From: Synechococcus sp.
GTDB lineage: Bacteria > Cyanobacteriota > Cyanobacteriia > Thermostichales > PCC-7336
Assembly: GCA_051439605.1 (NCBI GenBank)
Contig: JBFRWN010000098.1
Span: 1-64,000 of the forward strand
Direction: 5' to 3'
DNA: 64,000 nt
Below the pieces are notes generated by a model. The model was not told where the DNA came from and searched no databases. It saw only the letters and a list, made by a program, of their open reading frames with translations. Positions 10,876 through 19,704 of this stretch are shown piece by piece. The translations under genes were made by a program, and so were the position numbers. How positions within the stretch are numbered: position 1 is the first letter of the stretch; each line of letters begins with the position of its first letter.

Positions 10876-11454
10876 TCAATACAGCAGAGCCGCTCGCAAA
10901 ATTAAAGACACGATGATACAAACAAACAGGACGATAATTTGTCCCAAGATTGTGTAGCCAGAATATTGCAACAGCACCGTCCCAAGGCTAGTTTTAGAGG
11001 GCTGCAGCATCAAAAAGCAAATTCCAGTCAGATGTACCGCACAGATTCCCAACAACCCTGCCCCCAAGAACCCCTGCGGACGAGATTTACGTTGTAGTTC
11101 TGTCAACCTACCGCACAGCCAAGCCCCGGGCAGAAAGCCCAACAGGTAGCCAAAAGAAGGCCGCTGGACGTACTCGCCCCCCCCTCCATTCATAAAAATG
11201 TCGAATCCAGCTAACCCCATGCAAACGTAGGCCAACTGAGACAAAAACGCTGCCCTGGCCCCTCCCATGTAGGCGGTGACCAGTAACCCGGCCAATTGAA
11301 ACGAAAACGTATACCCAGCCAAATGCCAAGATCCCAGTCCAACGGTCCAGCTATCGGGAACGGTCACCTGAATCAAAGCCCCTGCCGTTGTGATCAGTAA
11401 ACCAAGGGCAGCCCACATTAATTCATAGGGGTTGGGCAGTTGCAGTCGCGTCAC
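10876..11454 (-). CDS. bioY: Biotin transporter BioY
   Basis: Hydrophobic 192-aa protein with SFQLAG, SQLAYVCMGLAG and PSFGYLLGF motifs. Confidence 0.85.
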   Translation of the reverse strand: MTRLQLPNPYELMWAALGLLITTAGALIQVTVPDSWTVGLGSWHLAGYTFSFQLAGLLVTAYMGGARAAFLSQLAYVCMGLAGFDIFMNGGGGEYVQRPSFGYLLGFLPGAWLCGRLTELQRKSRPQGFLGAGLLGICAVHLTGICFLMLQPSKTSLGTVLLQYSGYTILGQIIVLFVCIIVSLILRAALLY

Positions 11455-11556
11455 GGCAGCATTTGGGGGTACATAGTCATTTTTAGATGAAAAAGCAGGT
11501 AAGCTCGGTATTCCTTATGCTAAATAAACAGATTCGGGTAAAGGCCAGCACAGTCA

Positions 11557-12285
11557 ATGTCTAGTTCAGTGGACCGGCAACAGCAGCTACAACAGCGTTC
11601 CAAGCCTCTATTGAGCAGTCAATCCATGCTCGATTGGCCACTGAAGGGCCATACTCAAGTGCGCGTCCGCAATCACGTCAATCCTTTGGCGGTACAGTAT
11701 CAAATTCCCACTCCTGCCCCCCATTGGGAAACTGCCTACGCTTGCCTCGATCGCCCCTTTCACCTAGATATCGGCACCGGTACCGGCCGCTTCTTGCTAG
11801 CCATGGCCCAGCAAAATCCGGATTGGAATTTCTTGGGGGTGGAAATCCGCGGCCCCCTCGTCGATCGCGCCAACGCTTGGGTACAAGAGCTGGGGCTGGA
11901 TAACGTGCATTTTCTCTCCTGCAATATTAATGTCACGCTACCCCATTTATTTGCCCCTGAGGAGCTAGCACGCGTCAGCATTCAATTCCCCGACCCTTGG
12001 TTTAAAGTTCGGCACCACAAGCGGCGCGTCGTGCAGCCGGAACTCGTCAGTCTATTAGCAACGCTCATCAAACCAGGGCATCCGGTCTTTTTACAGTCCG
12101 ATATTGAAGAAGTTGCAGTAGAAATGGAGGAGCGGTTCGCGGAACATGCCGCGTTTGTCAATCAGCATGGCGATCGTGTCCGTATCGACCGCAACCCCCT
12201 CGGTGTTCCCACCCGCCGGGAGGTGACCTGCATCGAAAAAGGTCTGCCCATCTATCGTTACTGGCTGGAGCGCCGTATCGAATGA
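11557..12285 (+). CDS. trmB: tRNA (guanine-N7)-methyltransferase TrmB
   Basis: RVRNHVNPL, LDIGTGTG, FLGVEIR and QFPDPWFKVRHHKRR. Confidence 0.95.
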   Translation: MSSSVDRQQQLQQRSKPLLSSQSMLDWPLKGHTQVRVRNHVNPLAVQYQIPTPAPHWETAYACLDRPFHLDIGTGTGRFLLAMAQQNPDWNFLGVEIRGPLVDRANAWVQELGLDNVHFLSCNINVTLPHLFAPEELARVSIQFPDPWFKVRHHKRRVVQPELVSLLATLIKPGHPVFLQSDIEEVAVEMEERFAEHAAFVNQHGDRVRIDRNPLGVPTRREVTCIEKGLPIYRYWLERRIE

Positions 12286-13511
12286 GCCCATCTCACCCCG
12301 ACGAACGACCGATTGAACCTCACAGACTGACCGAGGATAGTGCAATCGATTTGCAGCGGGCTTGGGTGGAGATTGATGTATCAGCGCTACGGCAAAATAT
12401 TGCGAATTTGCTGCAGCTTCTGGATCCGACAACGCAATTGTGGGCAGTGGTCAAAGCCAATGCCTACGGTCATGGGGCAGTGACGGTGGCGAAAACGGCG
12501 ATCGCCGCTGGAGCCAGCGGTCTGTGCGTGGCAACGCTGCAGGAGGGCATCGAGCTGCGGATAGCGGGAGTGCAGGCTCCCATCATGATGTTTGGGGTAC
12601 CCCGTACCCCCGCCGAAATCCAGACTGCCTTTGCCCACAATCTGGAATGGACGATTAGCGATCGCTGTCAAATTTCTCTGTGTCAAACGGCTGTACGCCA
12701 GAATCTATCAGGAAAACAAGCTGCTCAGCCACACAACCTGTCGGTCCCTGTGCATCTCAATGTTGATACCGGTATGTCGCGCCTGGGGGTGCCTTGGACA
12801 GAAGCCGCAGAGATTTGGCAAGTATTGCAAAAGGCTGAGGGTGTTACCCCCCTCAGCCTTTATTCCCATTTCGCCACGGCAGACGAGTTGGATTGCCCCA
12901 CCACCGAGCAGCAGTCCCAGCGATTTAACCAAGTGCTACAAGACCTATCCCATCGGGGGCTGAAGCCCTCAGTCGTGCATCTCGCCAATTCTGCAGCCAC
13001 TCTGACCGATCGCCGTTGGCACTTCGACCGTGTCCGCGTCGGTCTCGCCCTCTACGGCATTTCCCCAGCTTCATTCCTGGGCGATCGGTGCCAGCTTCAA
13101 CCCGCGATGTCTGTTAAAGCCCGCATCACTCATCTAAAAGAAATTCCAGCGGGGACGGGGGTCAGTTACGGTCACCGCTATGTCAGCGATCGCCTCCAGC
13201 GGTTAGCGACTGTAGCGATCGGCTATGCCGACGGGGTGCCCCGCCGTCTATCGGGTGTTCTCAAAGGTTGGGTACGAGGGTACCCCCTGCAGCAGGTGGG
13301 TAACGTGACCATGGATCAAACCCTGTGGATCGTACCTGCCGAAGCGGATGTGGCAGTTGGAGATATCGTGAGTTTGTTTGGAGAGGGCTGGAATGCCCAG
13401 CAGTGGGCGGATACCCTTGGCACCATTCCCTACGAAATCCTCTGTAGCTTTTCTGCTCGTTTACCCCGTCACACGATCGAGTCTCAAGCTGTTGAATCTG
13501 ACAAATGTTGA
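12282..13511 (+). CDS. alr: Alanine racemase
   Basis: AVVKANAYGHG PLP-lysine motif, DTGMSRLG, YSHFATAD, GYADG and MDQ. ATGA overlap with the trmB stop. Confidence 0.96.
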   Translation: MSPSHPDERPIEPHRLTEDSAIDLQRAWVEIDVSALRQNIANLLQLLDPTTQLWAVVKANAYGHGAVTVAKTAIAAGASGLCVATLQEGIELRIAGVQAPIMMFGVPRTPAEIQTAFAHNLEWTISDRCQISLCQTAVRQNLSGKQAAQPHNLSVPVHLNVDTGMSRLGVPWTEAAEIWQVLQKAEGVTPLSLYSHFATADELDCPTTEQQSQRFNQVLQDLSHRGLKPSVVHLANSAATLTDRRWHFDRVRVGLALYGISPASFLGDRCQLQPAMSVKARITHLKEIPAGTGVSYGHRYVSDRLQRLATVAIGYADGVPRRLSGVLKGWVRGYPLQQVGNVTMDQTLWIVPAEADVAVGDIVSLFGEGWNAQQWADTLGTIPYEILCSFSARLPRHTIESQAVESDKC

Positions 13512-13608
13512 TGAGCGATTGTCCAATGGCAAGTTTCAGCTTTTAGCACGTCCCTCAGCTGCCGTTTGCGACTCACACACCGAACTGTTTATCCAGAAAC
13601 CTCACCCC

Positions 13609-14556
13609 GTGCGTACTCTCTATCCCCCCATCGAACCCCACACCACAGGCATGTTGCCCGTATCCGCCCTCCACACCCTCTATTACGAAGAGTCGGGAAA
13701 CCCAGAAGGAAAACCCGTTGTATTTCTGCATGGTGGACCCGGTGGGGGAATTTTGCCCAAATACCGCCAGTATTTCGATCCCGAGCAGTGGCGCATCATC
13801 TTATTCGACCAGCGGGGCTGTGGACGCAGCACCCCCCATGCCGAACTTGAAGACAACACCACGTGGGCGTTAGTTAGCGACATAGAAAAACTCCGGGAAC
13901 ACCTTGCCATCGACCGATGGACCGTCTTTGGAGGCAGCTGGGGCAGCACCTTGGCCTTGGCCTATGCTGAAACCCATCCCGAACATTGCGCAGGATTGAT
14001 ACTGCGCGGCATTTTCATGCTGCGGGAGAAAGAAATTCGTTGGTTTTATCAGGAAGGTGCCAGCAATATTTTTCCAGAGGCTTGGGAGGAATATCTCAAG
14101 CCCATTCCCCAGAATGAGCATCACGATTTGGTGACAGCCTATTACCAGCGGTTAACCAGTCGCGATCTTCAAATCAGAACAGAAGCGGCCCGCGCTTGGT
14201 CCATTTGGGAAGGCAGCACAAGTAAGTTGATTCCTGACCCGAATGCCGTCAGTCAATTTGGTAGAGACGGTTTTGCCGATGCCTTTGCCCGCATTGAGTG
14301 CCATTACTTTGTCAATAAAGGCTTCTTCGATCGCGAGGATTTTCTCTTCCAGAACATCGATCGGATTCGCTATATTCCTGCAGTCATCGTCCAGGGCCGA
14401 TACGACGTGGTCTGCCCCATGACAACTGCATGGCAGCTGCACAAAGCTTGGCCAGAAGCTGAGTTTTTGGTAGTTCCCGATGCCGGTCACTCCGTTTCCG
14501 AGCCAGGAATACTGTCTGCGTTGGTGGAGTCCACTGACCGATTTGCCGAACTGTAG
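13609..14556 (+). CDS. pip: Proline iminopeptidase
   Basis: LHGGPGGG, DQRGCGRS, GGSWGSTL, GRYDVVCP and DAGHS. GTG start at 13609 (MRTLYPPIEP). Confidence 0.93.
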   Translation: MRTLYPPIEPHTTGMLPVSALHTLYYEESGNPEGKPVVFLHGGPGGGILPKYRQYFDPEQWRIILFDQRGCGRSTPHAELEDNTTWALVSDIEKLREHLAIDRWTVFGGSWGSTLALAYAETHPEHCAGLILRGIFMLREKEIRWFYQEGASNIFPEAWEEYLKPIPQNEHHDLVTAYYQRLTSRDLQIRTEAARAWSIWEGSTSKLIPDPNAVSQFGRDGFADAFARIECHYFVNKGFFDREDFLFQNIDRIRYIPAVIVQGRYDVVCPMTTAWQLHKAWPEAEFLVVPDAGHSVSEPGILSALVESTDRFAEL

Positions 14557-14661
14557 TGAACTGACCTGTTTGCCGACCCCTCGAACCGCATAACCCAGCG
14601 TGCTGGACCCAAATTGTGCTCAACTTTACTTTGCTCTCGTAACTTTGCTCTCGCATTGGAT

Positions 14662-14795
14662 GGCCTGAGTTCGATGGCCCTCTCCCCTAGCCCCTCTCCC
14701 GGCTCGGGAAAGGGGGAACAAGAGTCTCAAATGCCTACATTTTTTTCAAATAGCCGCTCATTTTGCACTAGGGCCAATACTATCGACCTGACTTT
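14662..14795 (+). repeat. MITE-like dispersed repeat, copy 2 (complete, 134 bp)
   Basis: Bounded by GGCCTGAGTTCGAT and ATCGACCTGACTTT (imperfect inverted ends). Internal hairpin CCCCTCTCCCG-GCT-CGGGAAAGGGG. Confidence 0.85.
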
Positions 14796-14812
14796 GAATG
14801 GCATCTCCAGTA

Positions 14813-14835
14813 GATTATCCGTTATTATCAATAAC
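14813..14835. promoter_or_regulatory. Candidate Fur-family operator upstream of fur
   Basis: GATTATCCGTTATTATCAATAAC contains the AT-rich near-perfect 7-1-7 palindrome GTTATTA-T-CAATAAC, ending 20 bp before the fur start. Confidence 0.4.
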
Positions 14836-14855
14836 AACGCTTTATTGACAATACT

Positions 14856-15320
14856 GTGACTTTAACTTCCTTCTACTCGCCGGAAGCACTGAAGGCCGAG
14901 CTGAATGCGATGGGATGGCGGATGACCCCTCAACGGGAAAAGATTCTCAAAACCTTCCAAAATCTCCCAGAAGGGGAGCATCTCAGTGCAGAGGATTTGC
15001 ACGAGCATGTTAAGTCTGAAGGGGAGAATATTAGTCTCTCTACTATCTACCGCACGGTGAAGATGATGGCCCGCATGGGGATTTTGCGGGAGCTAGAACT
15101 GGCGGAAGGACACAAGCACTACGAAATCAATCAGCCCTATCCCCATCATCACCATCATTTGGTGTGCGTCAAAACCAACCAGGTGATCGAATTCAAGAAC
15201 AACCAGGTTTTAGCCATCAGCCAAAAAGTTGCGGAAAAGCATGGCTTCAAAGTCTTGGACTGTCAGCTAACCATTATTGGGGTCAGCCCCGAAGGGCAAC
15301 GATATATTTTCGGCTCTTAA
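14856..15320 (+). CDS. fur: Ferric uptake regulator, FurA-type
   Basis: GWRMTPQRE, EHLSAEDL, SLSTIYRT and GHKHYEINQPYPHHHHHLVC, characteristic of cyanobacterial FurA. Confidence 0.93.
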   Translation: MTLTSFYSPEALKAELNAMGWRMTPQREKILKTFQNLPEGEHLSAEDLHEHVKSEGENISLSTIYRTVKMMARMGILRELELAEGHKHYEINQPYPHHHHHLVCVKTNQVIEFKNNQVLAISQKVAEKHGFKVLDCQLTIIGVSPEGQRYIFGS

Positions 15321-15454
15321 AATTTGACTTATTCGCATGGATCGCTGCGCTCGTTCTGGCAGCAAAGATTAGCGATAACAACAATAGAACTCCCCAAAGT
15401 GGAGAGTCCTAAAGTTTTATCACAGCGATGAAAGCAATTCTCAATCGCTCGAAT

Positions 15455-15491
15455 CGCCCCTCAGAACTGCAAATTTGCAGTCCAAAGGGCG
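15455..15491. terminator. Hairpin between convergent fur and the small secreted-protein gene
   Basis: Outer arms CGCCC and GGGCG enclose the perfect palindrome ACTGCAAATTTGCAGT (15466-15481). Confidence 0.45.
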
Positions 15492-15515
15492 AGAGTCCCT
15501 CGGTTGGCAAATCTC

Positions 15516-15839
15516 CTATTTAGAGAGGTCCGACAAGTCTGCAGTCAGCTCGTGATATTCAGTCCAATCAATATCTTCCCAACGCCCTTCATCCGCCAGC
15601 TGAGCTGCGTCATCTTTAATTTCGGCTAAGCGATCGTAGATAGTTGCAGCCTCAGCGTTCCCGGTCTCTCTGGCCACATCGGCCTTATCCCGATATTCAA
15701 TCGCTGCTTTTGCAAATTCTGCCCCTCCCGGATCTGCCCCTTCAGACATCACACCACCCCCACCCAGCAGGGTCACGGCCATGCTGGCAACAATAGCCAG
15801 AGCACCTCTCGATACAGTCGATCCGATCTCGAGTTTCAT
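15516..15839 (-). CDS. Small acidic, probably exported hypothetical protein (107 aa)
   Basis: ATG at 15839 preceded by GAGGGA. Hydrophobic N-terminal segment followed by an Ala/Asp/Glu-rich, helical-looking body. Confidence 0.65.
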   Translation of the reverse strand: MKLEIGSTVSRGALAIVASMAVTLLGGGGVMSEGADPGGAEFAKAAIEYRDKADVARETGNAEAATIYDRLAEIKDDAAQLADEGRWEDIDWTEYHELTADLSDLSK

Positions 15840-16450
15840 ACTGTTATCCCTCAACAAAATACAGTCTCTTTTCCAGGTTTCGCTGTCTTTACAACCAGCA
15901 ACCATCGCCGATATCGAACAGGCAAAGTATTTTATTATCTGTAGGTACGACGAAAGCCCGTCCAATATCTATTATTCCCATCAAGTAAAAATAGTTACTC
16001 CTCGGCCACTATTAAAGTGCATTATGCTGTCAGGTGTGCCTGTTTGAGGTTGCTCAAGAATGGGGGTAAAGATTAACCTTTCCTGGGAAAATTTCACCCT
16101 TGGTCGGCCAAAAACGATCGGATCCGAGAAGTGGGTAGATCGTGAGTATGCCAAGCAGTCAAAATACCTCTCAGGCAATATAGCGGGCCATGAATCATCC
16201 CGAATTGGGAAACACCAACCTGACGCTTGACAGGCATACTTCTGCTTCTAGAGACTTTTCAAGTGAAACTATTGTCGATAGAGATCGCAATGTCAGGCTA
16301 GACTCTTCAGTAGCTTTACCGTCAAGCTGAACCTGTTGCTGGGTTAGCAGATGTGGCTGCGCTTAACATCTGACCCTCTAGTTGCTGGGGAGGCTTGACG
16401 CTTGGCAATTGTCGAATTTCTCCAGAATTTCACCCAAGAGGACTCCATCA

Positions 16451-16888
16451 ATGGCCCTATCTGTCGGTACAACAGCTCCGGCGTTTTCTGTCAAAGACAC
16501 CAACGGCAACACCGTTTCGCTGTCCGACTTTTCTGGCAAGACCGTCGTTTTATACTTCTATCCCAAAGACGACACCCCTGGTTGTACCAAAGAAGCCTGC
16601 AGCTTCCGCGATAGTTACGACATCTACCAGGACAAAGATGTGACTGTACTGGGTGTGAGCCTAGATGACTCAGCTTCTCACCAAGCCTTCACCAATAAAT
16701 ACAGTCTCCCCTTCCCTCTTTTGGCAGATACAGAGGGTGCTCTAACTCGGGCTTACGATGTCGATGGAGGTGGATATGCTAAGCGGGTCACCTACGTCAT
16801 CGATGGAGACGGCCAAATCATCAAAGTCTATGACTCTGTTAAGACCGACACCCATGCCGCAGATATTTTGGCAGACTTAGAAATGTAA
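16451..16888 (+). CDS. Peroxiredoxin, BCP/PrxQ family
   Basis: VVLYFYPKDDTPGCTKEACSFRD motif. ATG at 16451. Confidence 0.93.
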   Translation: MALSVGTTAPAFSVKDTNGNTVSLSDFSGKTVVLYFYPKDDTPGCTKEACSFRDSYDIYQDKDVTVLGVSLDDSASHQAFTNKYSLPFPLLADTEGALTRAYDVDGGGYAKRVTYVIDGDGQIIKVYDSVKTDTHAADILADLEM

Positions 16889-16949
16889 GTTCGGGCCGGG
16901 CTGGATGCAGCAAGCTACCAGTCAACCCGATTGCTCCTCGGTTGCCTGC

Positions 16950-17789
16950 ATGTCCAAGTTCAAACTTGAAGATGGCATTCCCGTTGCCCAACGCGATCGG
17001 GCTAGCAGAGGTTCAAACTCCTCCAACCAACGGCTGGTTGCCAGAGGTAGCCGGGCGATCGCTCCTGTCATTGTGATAGTTGGAGGGCTCACTCTGACCA
17101 CTGCAGCCATTGCGGGGGTCTTTTGGGTGGGTATCGGGACAACGCCATCAAACCCTGATAAATCGAGCCCAGATGACACCAGCCGCGATGTGGTGCTGCT
17201 GACCGATCCAGCTGAAGCAACTATTGAGAGATCTACTAGCCAGGGGTCTATCTTTGGTCATATCGAGTATGACGAAGCTGACGAAGCTGACCTCCGCTTA
17301 GTCGGCCACTTTAATGGGCGTCCGGAACGGTTGCATGCCACAGCAGCAGATCGCTTCCAAGAGATGCAGGCGGATGCTCGCCGAGCTGACATTAACCTAG
17401 TGGCGATTTCAGGGTTTCGGTCGGTAGAAGCTCAAGAATACCTCTTTTTCCAGGTGGGGCAATCGCAGTCTTTAACCCCCCAAGAGCGAGCCCTAGTGAG
17501 TGCGCCCCCCGGCCATAGCGAACACCATACCGGTTACGCCATAGACATTGGAGATGCCAGACATCCTCAGTCTCACTTGGACGCAACCTTCGATCGCACT
17601 CCTGCTTTTCGCTGGTTGGAAACCAATGCCCCCCGCTTTGGATTTGAATTGTCGTTCCCTAAAGGCAACCCCTACGGAGTCAACTATGAACCCTGGCATT
17701 GGCGATTTGTGGGGGATAGAGCTAGCTTAACCACCTTTCATCTCCGCAATCAGACTGAGGTGCCACAGGCTGATTCAGCTGGGCAGTAA
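16950..17789 (+). CDS. M15B (VanY-like) D-Ala-D-Ala carboxypeptidase
   Basis: One TM segment, then ISGFRS, SAPPGHSEHHTGYAIDIGD and YEPWHWRF. The start could be 16905. Confidence 0.9.
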   Translation: MSKFKLEDGIPVAQRDRASRGSNSSNQRLVARGSRAIAPVIVIVGGLTLTTAAIAGVFWVGIGTTPSNPDKSSPDDTSRDVVLLTDPAEATIERSTSQGSIFGHIEYDEADEADLRLVGHFNGRPERLHATAADRFQEMQADARRADINLVAISGFRSVEAQEYLFFQVGQSQSLTPQERALVSAPPGHSEHHTGYAIDIGDARHPQSHLDATFDRTPAFRWLETNAPRFGFELSFPKGNPYGVNYEPWHWRFVGDRASLTTFHLRNQTEVPQADSAGQ

Positions 17790-17931
17790 GTTGTTCCTGC
17801 GTTGATTAGATGCGCTGAGTTAGGACAAGTGAGTTCGAACGTATGAATTCTGAGATATCTGGGGACTGTTGCTGAAGAATAAGGATTCACCATAGGTGGC
17901 ACAATAGGTGGGCTGTTCGCTCTTCTAACCC

Positions 17932-18897
17932 ATGAAGGTTGTCTTTTTTGGCACCCCCAGCTTTGCTCTTCCCACTTTGCAGGCACTGATCGATTGCCCT
18001 GAATTTGACGTTGCTGCAGTCGTATCTCAACCCGACCGCCCAAAGGGGCGCGGAAAAAAGCTTCAGCCCACCCCCGTCAAGGCATTGGCGGAAACCCACA
18101 GCATTCCTGTTTGGCAGCCGGAGCGGATCAAGAAATCTCCTGAAACCTTGCAATCGCTGGAAGATCTCATGGCGGATGCCTTTGTGGTGGTGGCCTACGG
18201 TCAAATCTTGTCCAAAACTATCTTGGATATGCCCCGCTTGGGCTGCATTAACGTGCATGGTTCTTTGTTGCCCGCCTATCGAGGGGCGGCCCCCATTCAA
18301 TGGTCGATCGCCAACGGTGAATCTGAAACCGGCATTACCACGATGTTGATGGATATCGGCATGGATACAGGGGATATGTTGTTGAAACAATCCGTAGCCA
18401 TTGACCCCAACTGCACATCTGCCGAGCTGGCTGAAATCCTGGCTCCGATGGGTGCAGAACTGTTGGTCAAAACCCTCCGACAGCTAGATTTAGGTCAGAT
18501 TGAGCCCGAGTCCCAGGCAGAGGAGGCAGCCTCCTATGCCCCCTTGCTGAAAAAATCAGATTTTGCAATTGACTGGAATCGAGAGGCGATCGCCATTCAC
18601 AATCAAATTCGTGCTTTCTCCCCCAACTGCTTTACCGAATTTGAGGGGACGCGCTGCAAGATTATTCGCTCTAGGCATCCCCTGGAAAGCAATGGATTGC
18701 TGCCGGAAAGCGGAGGTGACGCTCAACCGGGTACCGTGACTAGCATATTCAAGGGGAAGGGATTTAGTATTCAAACCGGCAGCGGTCAATTACTGCTGGA
18801 ACAAGTGCAACTGGCCGGTAAAAAAGCGCAATCTGCTTGGGATTTTGCCAACGGAGTGCGGCTGCAGGTGGGGCAAGCCTTCCATCCAGCGCGGTAA
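17932..18897 (+). CDS. fmt: Methionyl-tRNA formyltransferase
   Basis: MKVVFFGTPSFA, SQPDRPKGRG, VVAYGQIL and INVHGSLLPAYRGAAPIQW. Confidence 0.97.
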   Translation: MKVVFFGTPSFALPTLQALIDCPEFDVAAVVSQPDRPKGRGKKLQPTPVKALAETHSIPVWQPERIKKSPETLQSLEDLMADAFVVVAYGQILSKTILDMPRLGCINVHGSLLPAYRGAAPIQWSIANGESETGITTMLMDIGMDTGDMLLKQSVAIDPNCTSAELAEILAPMGAELLVKTLRQLDLGQIEPESQAEEAASYAPLLKKSDFAIDWNREAIAIHNQIRAFSPNCFTEFEGTRCKIIRSRHPLESNGLLPESGGDAQPGTVTSIFKGKGFSIQTGSGQLLLEQVQLAGKKAQSAWDFANGVRLQVGQAFHPAR

Positions 18898-18982
18898 TTA
18901 CACCATCACAATTCTTCTGCCCATTAATTCATCGGCGATAATAGTCCTATTAGACTGTGTCCCCAAAATTTTGGAGGTCTTC

Positions 18983-19660
18983 ATGTATTTTCACTGGACC
19001 TATGTGTTCGTGATGATCGGCGGTGCCCTAATGATGTGGGCTCAAGCCAACGTGCGCGGTACTTACAAACGCTATGCAGAAACTCCCTCCAGCATGGGGA
19101 TGAGCGGTGCACAAGTGGCTCGAACGATTTTGATGAAAATGGGCGTAGATAGTGTCAAGGTCGAAGCCACCAATGGTGAACTGACCGACCATTACGATCC
19201 CGCTTCTAAAACCGTTCGCCTCTCGGAAGGGATTTACAATTCTGATTCCCTTGCTGCGGCAGCGATCGCTGCCCACGAATGCGGTCACGTACTGCAAGAC
19301 GTGGAAGGGTACAAGTTCATGAATTTGCGGGCGGCCATGGTACCCGTTGCTAACCTCGGGTCAAACTTAGGCCCTGCACTCGTGATTATGGGTCTCGTGT
19401 TCAGCTTTGGTGGTTTACTCAATATCGGTATTGTTCTCTTCACTGCTGCAATCCTGTTTCACGTTGTGACGCTGCCTGTCGAATTTGATGCCTCTAGCCG
19501 AGCCTTACGATTGGTGGACGATCTCGGTATCCTGCAAGGGGAGGAGAACCGAGGAGCAAGAGCAGTCCTGAATGCCGCTGCTTGGACCTACGTTGCCACC
19601 GCTGCCTATGCTGCGCTGCAATTGCTGCAGTACGTCATCATGGCTCAAGGGCGCGACTAG
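18983..19660 (+). CDS. Membrane zinc metallopeptidase (YugP-like)
   Basis: LTDHYDP, AAHECGH (HExxH) and TLPVEFDASSRAL. GGAGG before the ATG at 18983. Confidence 0.9.
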   Translation: MYFHWTYVFVMIGGALMMWAQANVRGTYKRYAETPSSMGMSGAQVARTILMKMGVDSVKVEATNGELTDHYDPASKTVRLSEGIYNSDSLAAAAIAAHECGHVLQDVEGYKFMNLRAAMVPVANLGSNLGPALVIMGLVFSFGGLLNIGIVLFTAAILFHVVTLPVEFDASSRALRLVDDLGILQGEENRGARAVLNAAAWTYVATAAYAALQLLQYVIMAQGRD

Positions 19661-19704
19661 CAAAGTCCGATACATTCCGTCCTCCTATCTGAGACAACAA
19701 CTGA

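Noticed and set aside
13378..13608. N-terminal extension of the pip ORF
   Set aside because: It overlaps alr, and family similarity starts at the GTG at 13609.
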